A stretch of 64,000 nt of DNA. Source: Euryarchaeota archaeon UBA202. GTDB lineage: Archaea; Thermoplasmatota; E2; UBA202. Positions 11,032-19,744 of this stretch are shown piece after piece. A model generated the notes under the pieces. The model made no database searches, was not told the DNA's origin, and saw nothing but the letters and a program-made list of their open reading frames with translations. How positions within the stretch are numbered: the first letter of the stretch is position 1; each line of letters opens with the position of its first letter. Location of the stretch: NCBI GenBank assembly GCA_002502685.1, contig DAQA01000013.1:2202-66201 (forward strand). Reading direction: 5' to 3'. The translations under genes were made by a program, and so were the position numbers.

Positions 11032-11528
11032 TATCGTAAATGAATACAAAACTTCCCTTTATAGATGACGGTTATTGTTTCGGGGGAAAATTAGAAGCAA
11101 GAGTGTAGTAGGAAAAATGAAAAAAAAAATTAAATAGAAACCTGTGAAGGGACAGATTGAATGCAACCTGAATAAAAAAAAAAAAAAGACGGTATATACA
11201 AAACATGATATAAGCCAATTGATTCCGGTGTACAGAAAGAACTGAGAGCTATAAGAGAGGAACAAGGAGGAAAAAAAAAACAAAAAAAAAAATCATGGCA
11301 CGGATGGAGATGCTTGTTTCTTGCCTTTTTTTCTCCTTGCCTATTTGTATCAAATTATGATCGGGATTGGTTTCAATTGATATTTTTTGTTTAGTGGATT
11401 GCAACAATAAAATAAAGAGTATGTCCACTATTAATGCCTAAAAAGAGATGAGGATGTATACAGAGGGGGGATGCTATAAAAAGCGATAATGTTTAATAGA
11501 AGGTGAAGGTTTAATTGTCGGTGATATA

Positions 11529-11654
11529 ATCGAGAACATATTCCCTCCCTGTCCAAAATGCGAAAAAGGATGGCTAGTCCCATTTTCCTTTGGCAGAGAT
11601 GTCTTTGAAAAATGGAAATGTACCGAATGTGGACATACTATTGAAAAAAGATAA
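11529..11654 (+). CDS. Small zinc-ribbon protein (~41-46 aa) with non-AUG start; absent from the ORF track
   Basis: Translates as (IVGDI)IENIFPPCPKCEKGWLVPFSFGRDVFEKWKCTECGHTIEKR*. Two CxxC motifs. GGTGA ribosome-binding sites at 11502 and 11520; no in-frame ATG/GTG/TTG after the TAA at 11487. Confidence 0.6.
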   Translation: MENIFPPCPKCEKGWLVPFSFGRDVFEKWKCTECGHTIEKR

Positions 11655-11788
11655 GGACATCTGTACCGCCTAGGTGCCATCAACTATAAATATCTTTTTT
11701 TCAGGTCTCATTGTTACGGTCAAGAATGTAGAGATACTCCATCATTTAAAGCAATAAAGTATTGCAAACACAGAAAAAAAGAGAGTTT

Positions 11789-12664
11789 TTATCCCGACCT
11801 ATGTCCATAAAACTTTACAGCATTACTATGTAATGGTATACCCATATCCTCTGCAATGCTTTGACACTTGACCCGTAAAAAATAGACGATGGGTCGATAA
11901 TTGGTTTCTGAAAAAGCCTCATAATTTGCCATGCCTTTACAAATCAGAAGGGTAGATGACTCTAATTTTTTAATCATCATAGGAGAGAGAATATCAAAAT
12001 CCACTCCAACAGCAAAACCTGGGGTGGTTAATATTTCATCTGCAATTCTACCCAGGCCTGCAAATTGTGCATCCTCAAATGTAGCATCTGTAAGAATGGG
12101 AACACCCTTAACAACAACGGTCAGATGGATATCATATTTTTTTAATTCTTTACATAACAGAGCATCAAAAACTATCTCCCCACAATTATCGGTAAAGAGG
12201 ACAATATTTCCTCTAAGAAGACCCCTGATGCAATCAAGATCGCTATACCCTAATCCCTGGTGAAATGACTCTTCAAAAAAGTGTTCCAGGTCTTGCGGGG
12301 ACGAGGCACTTCCCTCGATACCGAAATCTATGGTGTTTCCAATAATAGAGCAAAGAACCGCTGCCTGCAGAGGATCATTGCTTTCCAGTATGCGTTCTTG
12401 AGCCCGGGGAAGAAGGCTCTTGGCCACCTGGTTGCTTTTTTTCTTCAATTCATGATAGGGATCTAGTGACCCCATGGCTTGATATGCGGTGTGATGAACC
12501 CTTGTTGCAACCTGTGCAGAACTAAGGTTGTCGTACTCCTTCAGTATAATCTTCATGGATTGCAACAATACCCTTCTTTGTACATCCTTATCACTATTAA
12601 CCAGCCCAGTCTCAAACAAGACTCTGTTTAAAAGACAGGGGGCACATCGAGGTTTCATTTTCAT
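11789..12664 (-). CDS. DUF89/ARMT1-like damage-control phosphatase
   Basis: N-terminal CxxC, GNTIDFG, DNCGE, PILTDAT, KGMANYE and KC motifs. Confidence 0.9.
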   Translation of the reverse strand: MKMKPRCAPCLLNRVLFETGLVNSDKDVQRRVLLQSMKIILKEYDNLSSAQVATRVHHTAYQAMGSLDPYHELKKKSNQVAKSLLPRAQERILESNDPLQAAVLCSIIGNTIDFGIEGSASSPQDLEHFFEESFHQGLGYSDLDCIRGLLRGNIVLFTDNCGEIVFDALLCKELKKYDIHLTVVVKGVPILTDATFEDAQFAGLGRIADEILTTPGFAVGVDFDILSPMMIKKLESSTLLICKGMANYEAFSETNYRPIVYFLRVKCQSIAEDMGIPLHSNAVKFYGHRSG

Positions 12665-12822
12665 TTGTCAGGTACAATAGATTGCTCTTTTTTAAGATTT
12701 GTATCTTCTCATATCCTCAATGGTGTTGGTGTTCTTCATCAAAAAGACTAGTGTACCCAAACGGAAAAGTAAAGAAGGAGAACAAATATTTTAAATATTA
12801 TTTGGTCATATGGTAATCCCAG

Positions 12823-13215
12823 ATGCCCTTAAAGGAGGAATCTAGTACAATTTTGCCCAAAAAAACAGCGAAAATCAGTGGCATGGCCCACTCCCTGTGT
12901 CTTCTGCATTACTTAGATGAAAAAAAGAAGCCCAAGGGGCTTCGAATAAAAGGCATTATTAGAGAAATAATCAAAAATCGGGATAAAACATTCCTGTTAG
13001 GATTCCATTGGAAACCCTTTTATATTGGAGCCATGCATTTCCAGGATGCCTACAATTATGATATTGAACGGGTACAACGCTGCGCCATACATTATGCAAC
13101 ACCCAATGGCCGAATTATTCCCTTGTGTGCCTATATTGTGGGTCCCACCTATGGGGAGAAAATAGAAAAAAAATTTAGTGTATCATTGGAGGAATATCAT
13201 GGTCGTGAAAATTAA
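12823..13215 (+). pseudogene. C-terminal fragment of a tetraether lipid synthase (Tes/MJ0619-type) radical SAM gene
   Basis: 'YIGAMHFQDAYNYDIERVQRCAIHYATPNGRIIPLCAY..GPTY' matches the family C-terminus. There is no CxxxCxxC core and no room for it upstream. Confidence 0.7.
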
Positions 13216-13363
13216 TCGGGATAAATGTATGTATTGCGGGGGCTGTGTGGGTCTGTGCCCCGTTAATGCCCTGACTCTTCAGGAGGTACGACTAGTGGTT
13301 AGCAATAAGTGTACCGAGTGCGGCATCTGTATTCAATTTTGTCCCGTGGGGGCTTTACAATGA
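13199..13363 (+). CDS. 2x[4Fe-4S] ferredoxin (likely partner of the reductase)
   Basis: CMYCGGCVGLCP and CTECGICIQFCP; ATGA overlap with the downstream reductase. Confidence 0.9.
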   Translation: MVVKINRDKCMYCGGCVGLCPVNALTLQEVRLVVSNKCTECGICIQFCPVGALQ

Positions 13364-14550
13364 AAAATATTTCTACTGATGTTTTGATAGTGGGCGCAGG
13401 GCCTGCGGGAAGCACAGCAGCACGGGAGCTGGCGGCAAAGGGTATTGATGTCATTGTGCTTGAAAAAAAACCAGAGATTGGTTGTTTTAAAAGATGTGCA
13501 GAGGGGATAACGCTTAGGGGTTTGACCGATGCAGGTATCAAACCTCAAAAAGAGTGGGCATTGGGACATATTACGGGTGCGCGACTTTATCCTCCATCTG
13601 AAAAAAATGTGGTGGAGATGAAGGGGGATCGCATGGCGGGATATGTTGTTGAACGAAAGGTGTTTGAAAAATGGTTAGCCAGCAGGGCTGTGAAGGAGGG
13701 GGCACGTTTTATGGTGAAAACTCCTGCCTTAGGGTTCCATAGATCGGGGGAGAAATGTATTGTAAAAACCCGGTATATGGATGCGGCTTTGGCTATTGAA
13801 ACTAAACTTGTGTTGGGTGCAGATGGCGTGGAAAGCAAGGTTGGCCGATGGGCCGGAATAAAGGCCCTGAACAGGATTTCGGATTATCATTCAGGATTTC
13901 AGTACGAGATGGCGGGGGTGAATGTGGATGACTCCTATATCCACTTATTTTTTGGTACAAAGGTTGCCCCTAAGGGGTATTTATGGATTTTTCCCAAAAA
14001 ATTTTCTGCAAATGTGGGAGTGGGTGTTCTCACAAAAGAAATACGGAATAAACGCCCCATGGACTATGTCCATACTTTTATTGATGCCCATCCAGATATG
14101 TTTGCCACAGCCAGTCCCCTGGAGGTTAATGCGGGAGGGGTCCCAGTGGCCCATAATACTGAAATGGTCACGGATAATGTGATGCTCATTGGTGATGCCG
14201 CCCAGGTTGTTCATCCTCTTCATGGAGGGGGTATCATTCGCAGTATCAAGTCTGCCCAGGCAGCGGCCCACACGGCCCTTCTGGCACTGGAAGAAAAAAA
14301 TTATTCCCGAAAAAGATTGATGGAGTACCAGGATTGGTGGGAGACTGCTTATGGTGTACAAATGGCTAAGCTGATGAAAATCCGTTCGTTTTTGGAACGG
14401 TTAGATGATAAGGATTTTGAGTTATTAGCAGAAGTTCTCAGTGGTGAAGATATCATGGATGTTATTGATGCAAAGGTGACATTTTTGATGAAAAAATTGA
14501 TTACTAAGCCATCGATAGCCCGGTTGGTAAAAAAATATTTGTCTGGATAA
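13360..14550 (+). CDS. Digeranylgeranylglycerophospholipid (geranylgeranyl) reductase
   Basis: GAGPAG FAD motif, RCAEG, GADGVES, APKGYLWIFPK and GDAA...PLHGGGI. Confidence 0.9.
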   Translation: MKNISTDVLIVGAGPAGSTAARELAAKGIDVIVLEKKPEIGCFKRCAEGITLRGLTDAGIKPQKEWALGHITGARLYPPSEKNVVEMKGDRMAGYVVERKVFEKWLASRAVKEGARFMVKTPALGFHRSGEKCIVKTRYMDAALAIETKLVLGADGVESKVGRWAGIKALNRISDYHSGFQYEMAGVNVDDSYIHLFFGTKVAPKGYLWIFPKKFSANVGVGVLTKEIRNKRPMDYVHTFIDAHPDMFATASPLEVNAGGVPVAHNTEMVTDNVMLIGDAAQVVHPLHGGGIIRSIKSAQAAAHTALLALEEKNYSRKRLMEYQDWWETAYGVQMAKLMKIRSFLERLDDKDFELLAEVLSGEDIMDVIDAKVTFLMKKLITKPSIARLVKKYLSG

Positions 14551-14575
14551 AGTTGATGCACTTGTAGTGGGATGG

Positions 14576-15214
14576 TTAGAGATAGATGGCCAGGTGGTCT
14601 TTTATATAGGGGTGCAGGGGGATTGTTTCAGTGATGGTTCCAAAGGTTGATGTGATGTGTTGGATTACGTGGTGATATATTTTTTGTGGTGGCTGTGTAA
14701 CATCGATGCTGCGCGCTTTTACCATGAGGATACCTTTTGTACAGGTAAAAAAGGTCATGTTTTTGAGGAACATGTCTACCTGGTTTCGTTGCGCGATATC
14801 CTGGTAGACAATGTCAACACGTCCTATTTGTGCTTGATAATCATGTGGTTTGTTGGCATCGGCGAGGATGGGGATAATGTTTGGTCTAAGGCCGCTGAGT
14901 TTAAGAAGATCCCTCATGGCTCGTGGCGAAGAGTCCACTGCATAGATGGTTCCCTGAGGGGTGATATCTGAGATGTGGCTGACAGTTGTTCCATTGGCAG
15001 CTCCCAAGTAAAGGGTATGTGTTGCAGAAGTGAGAGATGGGAGTCTGTGGCCATTGAGGATGGCTGCGGCAAGTTTGCTATGGTAGGGATTCCATGACCG
15101 GTACTCAATATTGTTATAGGTGATGAGTTGTTCACCATGTGTTTTCTGGCCGGGTGTGGGGTTTTTTGTATAGAGTTTTCCTTTGTGGTAATAGATGTGA
15201 GGAAGGGTGTGCAT
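14576..15214 (-). CDS. flpA: Fibrillarin-like rRNA/tRNA 2'-O-methyltransferase
   Basis: YRSWNPYHSKLAAAI, LYLGAANGTTVSH, NIIPILADA, YQDIAQ and KARSID. Confidence 0.95.
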   Translation of the reverse strand: MHTLPHIYYHKGKLYTKNPTPGQKTHGEQLITYNNIEYRSWNPYHSKLAAAILNGHRLPSLTSATHTLYLGAANGTTVSHISDITPQGTIYAVDSSPRAMRDLLKLSGLRPNIIPILADANKPHDYQAQIGRVDIVYQDIAQRNQVDMFLKNMTFFTCTKGILMVKARSIDVTQPPQKIYHHVIQHITSTFGTITETIPLHPYIKDHLAIYL

Positions 15215-15295
15215 TATGTGTTGAATGATATTGGTGTTAAAAAAGTCATTCCTATTAATTTAGCATCCCTGTTTTATGGGGGGAAACAATAGCTC

Positions 15296-16936
15296 TTAGA
15301 TGGTGATGTAAGGGATAATGTCCTGGGCAATGTTCTTATCATCCAGTGTTTTGATTAGGTCTGACGGGGTGGAGAAGGGCCTGTTGATAATGAGCCGCTG
15401 TGCTCTTTTGCGTCCCACTCCAGGTAGTGCCTGGAGGAGGGATAGGCTTGCGGTGTTAATAGTGAGGGGGTAGGGAACACCTGTTACTGATCGCTGGCCG
15501 GTGGAGGTAATCTTGATATCCATTTTGTGTCCCAAGGGAATTTGGGTGGGTACGGCAATGAGGAGGGGATAGGTTCCCATTTGTCGAAGAAGGGTGAGAT
15601 TTCCTTTATATGACTCAGTATAGGCATCCCTGAGTATTGTTCCAGGGGGAGTGACTTGTTGGAGCATGGGCCGGTCTATTGTTTCTCGTATTTTTTGTTT
15701 ATGGTAGTGAAAATATTTTTTGAGACAGTGTCCATGTTTTCTATGTGCAAGGGGTGTCTTTGGAAAAGTGATTACTTGACGAAGATTGATGCGTCTGATT
15801 AAGAGTTTTTTTTCTAGTACGCTGTAGAGAAATCGATAGTTTTCTTCATATGTTTTTTTGCTTTCTCCAGGGAGCCCGTAGACAAAATTGAGGCCAGGGA
15901 GCAGTTCAGGAAGACCATTTCTCCCCGGATGGGCGCCAACCTTATTGAGTAGCTCAATGGCCCTGAGTGCCTCCTTGGCGTTTACCTTGAGATTATTGGT
16001 AGATATGACCCGGGGATCTGTGCTTTCGATACCCAATGCTGCTACATCACCGGGTGTGTGGTACTGGACAATGATGCGGGCTATTTGTGTACATTCCTGT
16101 GGGTAATGGGCAAGTGTCCCCGGGTTTGCATTATCCATATGCAGGGTCTCCAGATGGGGAGCTGCTGCCCGGATACCCTGATATAATTTTTTTAGTGCCG
16201 GGGGATTTGGCCGGGGAAATTCTTTTTCTCCTATACCCTGTGCCTTGTATGAGAAAAGACAGGGTTGATTTCCCAGGCGGAAATGTTTTATACCCTGCCT
16301 GTACAGTGACTGAACTTCTTGGATGATGGATTGTTCCTCCCGAAAAGCAGGGGGGCCTTTGAGGGGCTCAGTGCAAAAAGAACAGCCACCCATAAAAGAG
16401 CGGAAACACCCGTGATATGTTTCCAGTTCAGCAATGACCCGGGGGTAACTGGGATGCTGGGTTACAATTTGGGCGCCTTGTATCGCAAACTCTTGTATAT
16501 CCTGGGGTGACTCCCGGATGAGATTTTCAAGATGACCCTCATGTAAAAAATAACTCAATGAAAGACTGGCATCCCCAGTTATGATATAGTCAAAGACATC
16601 GTCTAGTTTGTACTGTTTATGGAATCCATGGAGTGCTGCCGGGCCCGTGAGAATAGCGGGTGTATCGATTGGTTTAAAAAAAGTCTGAAGTTCCCTCGGT
16701 GTGACCGGTTTTCCACCCAGGTATTTCCCGGGAACAGTGGTCCCTGCCACCACCACATAGAGATCACCCCTTGGCAGTCCCTGGTGACGCAGTTGGTCAA
16801 TGGTGTAATACTGTACCTGATGACTCTTGTGGGAAAAAATAGCCCCGGCGATATATCGGATAGGGGGACTGATGAAGGGGGGTACACCCAGACAGGCAGG
16901 CTCATCAATATATCCATCGATAAGTATGATTCTCAT
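15296..16936 (-). CDS. Uncharacterised archaeal radical SAM protein with TRAM-like and C-terminal helix-hairpin-helix domains (COG1031-like)
   Basis: DGYIDEPACLGVPPFISP, Cx7Cx2C (GCFRSFMGGCSFC), RRINLRQV and INTAS...LPGVGRKRA. Confidence 0.85.
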   Translation of the reverse strand: MRIILIDGYIDEPACLGVPPFISPPIRYIAGAIFSHKSHQVQYYTIDQLRHQGLPRGDLYVVVAGTTVPGKYLGGKPVTPRELQTFFKPIDTPAILTGPAALHGFHKQYKLDDVFDYIITGDASLSLSYFLHEGHLENLIRESPQDIQEFAIQGAQIVTQHPSYPRVIAELETYHGCFRSFMGGCSFCTEPLKGPPAFREEQSIIQEVQSLYRQGIKHFRLGNQPCLFSYKAQGIGEKEFPRPNPPALKKLYQGIRAAAPHLETLHMDNANPGTLAHYPQECTQIARIIVQYHTPGDVAALGIESTDPRVISTNNLKVNAKEALRAIELLNKVGAHPGRNGLPELLPGLNFVYGLPGESKKTYEENYRFLYSVLEKKLLIRRINLRQVITFPKTPLAHRKHGHCLKKYFHYHKQKIRETIDRPMLQQVTPPGTILRDAYTESYKGNLTLLRQMGTYPLLIAVPTQIPLGHKMDIKITSTGQRSVTGVPYPLTINTASLSLLQALPGVGRKRAQRLIINRPFSTPSDLIKTLDDKNIAQDIIPYITI

Positions 16937-18219
16937 TGTTTTCTCAAGGCAATTTCACATGCTAGGGTTGAGGGAAGAAAAACAGGGGAAACCACGGGGG
17001 CATAGGCGGTTTCAATGCCACTGAATTGCTGTAATGTCATGTTGCAGCTTATGGCTGTGGCAAAGGCATTAATTCGTTGGGCGGCACCGGGGCCAATAAT
17101 CTGTGCGGCGCACAATTTTCCCTTTCGTGTCGCCATGACCTTGACACGGATCTCTTCTCCAGGAAGATAGAGGGGGCGGCTGGATCCCCGAAATGTGCTC
17201 ACTAGTGGATTTTCTAATCCTGTGCTAAGGGGGCCAACGGCAGCGATTTCCAGATCAAAAACCTTGGTGACACGGGTGTTTAAAAGGGGAGGAAGGACGG
17301 CTTTTCCGCCACTGGCATTAATACCCGCAACTTTTCCCTGACGAACCGCAATACTGCCAAGGCCCACCAGGCATGGTGCACCAGTAATGTCACGATATTG
17401 GCTACAGTCCCCAATGGCATACACATTTTTTTTGGATGTTTCACATCTTTCATCTATAATAATGCCTCTGTCTGTCATTGACTCGGGGACAAGATCTAAT
17501 ACCGGCGTATTCCCACTTGCCACAAGGGCAAAATCAGCGCTTATGGTTCTTTTGTCACCCGTTTTCCTGTTTTTTATATGAATGTCCATGTCCCCATCAA
17601 TAGATGTGACCTCATGATTAAGGGTGAGAGAGAGAAGTTCTCTTTTCATAAGTGTGTCATGGATTATAGGTGCCATATCGGAATCAAGCATTGTGGGAAG
17701 CAGAGAGGAATAGTATTCAATGAGGGTCACCGTGACACCCCGTTTTATGAGCGCCTCTGCTGCTTCAAGTCCCGTGGGGCCTGCCCCAATGATTGCGATA
17801 TGTGTACCCCGGGTTGCCATTCGCTGGATATGGTGGGCATCATCTAGGGTGCGCAAAAAAGAGTGTTTTTTTGTATCAATAGGGAAAGGGGCATGAGAGT
17901 GAACGCCTGTGGCAATAATTAATGAATCATATTTTTTTTCCCCATTCGTGGTATAAATGTATTGTTTATCAAAATCAATTTTTGTAACAGGTGTAGTGAG
18001 ATGAAGATCGATACGGGCTTTTTGGAACCATTCATGTGAAAACTCAATAAGTTTATCAGGGTCCACTTCGCCAGAGAGCGTATAGGGAAGGCCGCATCGG
18101 GAATATTGGGAGTAGGGACCTTTTTCATAAAGAGTGATTAGTGCCTTGCGGTTGTTTTTTCTGGCAAACTGTGCAGCAGTTCCACCTGCGGCCCCGCAGC
18201 CAATAATGACAATGTCCAT
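16933..18219 (-). CDS. NADH oxidase / CoA-disulfide reductase family flavoprotein
   Basis: GCGAAG, YSRCGLPY redox Cys, GAGPTGLE, VYAIGDC and TAYAP. Confidence 0.88.
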   Translation of the reverse strand: MDIVIIGCGAAGGTAAQFARKNNRKALITLYEKGPYSQYSRCGLPYTLSGEVDPDKLIEFSHEWFQKARIDLHLTTPVTKIDFDKQYIYTTNGEKKYDSLIIATGVHSHAPFPIDTKKHSFLRTLDDAHHIQRMATRGTHIAIIGAGPTGLEAAEALIKRGVTVTLIEYYSSLLPTMLDSDMAPIIHDTLMKRELLSLTLNHEVTSIDGDMDIHIKNRKTGDKRTISADFALVASGNTPVLDLVPESMTDRGIIIDERCETSKKNVYAIGDCSQYRDITGAPCLVGLGSIAVRQGKVAGINASGGKAVLPPLLNTRVTKVFDLEIAAVGPLSTGLENPLVSTFRGSSRPLYLPGEEIRVKVMATRKGKLCAAQIIGPGAAQRINAFATAISCNMTLQQFSGIETAYAPVVSPVFLPSTLACEIALRKQ

Positions 18220-18340
18220 GATTTATTATCAAGGATTGCCTTAAAGATTTTAACGGTATTTTTCCCCCTTGGAGAAAGAATAAAATAATAAAAAAAAACA
18301 GGGAAATGTTATATTGGGGTTATCTTAGGAAAAAGGGGCG

Positions 18341-19504
18341 TTATAGGAGTAGGTTGAATAAAAAACCTAGAATGAATATCTGGGGAACCGTAATAATGGG
18401 TAACATGAGTGCTGCTTTTTTTCCAATGTTATGCCAGATTAGGCCAATTTCGGTATAATCAGTGGCCACACCAGCCATAAGAAAGGTGAAACTATTGCCA
18501 AATGCCCCGGTTTGGTTAAATATTTCAAAGGCCAATGGTGAGCTTCCCTCGGAACAAACCTCTATGATGGTGGCAAAGAGAAGAGTGATTGTTAGCCCAA
18601 GTAGCGTGGGGCCCATATAGTCCATAAAGAGATGCTGGGGGATAAACCCTCTGGCAAATGCAGCCATGATCATGCCAATCAACAGCCACCGTAACACCAT
18701 TTTAGAAAGGGCCCATGATCCCTGAGCGGTGCCCTTGATGGCTCTAGTTAGGTTGTGTGATGTAAACTTAAACCCGTGCCATCTTCTCCGTATATCATCC
18801 AGGATTGAGAAATCGGCCAGCTTGTTTATATCACCACCTTTCTTGCACTGTCTGCATTCAATCCATCCATGGGTTTCCAGATGAAGATAGATAAGACCGG
18901 TTACCAGAACAATAACTATGGCGGACACCACAATGAAAACGGCATTGAGGCCAAAAAAGCCAAAGAGGAGAATGGTGATGGGAAGATTCGCCCAGGGGGA
19001 TGATAAAAGAAAGGCTATAACGCTTGAGGTATTTGCCCCCTTTTTATAAAGTTCCATTGAGATGGCTAAAATCCCATGGGAGCATGCACTCATAAGAAAC
19101 CCCAGAAGAATGGAATACAGAATGGTTCTTTTCCGATGACGGGACAAATACTTTTCAATATATGCCTGGGGGATAAAATAATCAATAAGGCCACCAATCA
19201 GAAAACCAATGAGGATAGCCCACCAAATCAATGCAAGATAATCCATAAATACCTTAAAGAATGGACGGAGCAATGGTACAAAATAGCTGCAGACAAGTAA
19301 AATGATTACCACAAGGCAAGACAGATATAATTTTTCTTTATACCAGGGTTTTTTCGGTGTTGTCTGGCAACTAGGACAAAATCTTTTTTCAGGATTTATC
19401 CCCTATTGTTCCTCATATTTTCTGACACAATGCTCACTGCAAAAATAATGACCATGGACGGGGATAGTCCCCTTCATTCCACAAATAGGGTCTTTTTTAT
19501 CCAT
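18341..19504 (-). pseudogene. DUF318/ArsP-like permease with N-terminal YHS/TRASH-like metal-binding domain, interrupted by an in-frame TAG at 19405-19403
   Basis: ATG 19504 gives MDKKDPICGMKG...YFCSEHCVRKYEEQ*GINPEKRFCPSC..., which continues in frame into the 323-aa ORF (SACSHG, EVCSEGSSP motifs). Confidence 0.7.
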
Positions 19505-19744
19505 TAAAAACCCACCTTATAACAGAGATGAATAGAAAGGGCGGTATTAATGGCCTTGCATAACAAAAGAATGATATTCCAATACACTAAAAAAAAATTA
19601 ATCACTTTACTGAATAGTAATATCCCAAAAAAAAGAAAAAAACGGGAAATAATCACAGGGTACCTATCATTTCTTTTCAAGAACAATATTACAGGGAAAA
19701 AAAGATACATATGTTTTTAAGACTAAAAACCATAACCCTAGCAT

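Noticed and set aside
11050..11345. Long poly-A tracts and the Phe-rich ORF 11059-11283
   Set aside because: Low-complexity intergenic DNA; the ORF is an artefact of the T-runs.
19507..19516. AAAACCCACC resembling a half-site of the shared operator
   Set aside because: There is no second arm or TATA element, and it is the complement of the permease ribosome-binding site (GGTGG).
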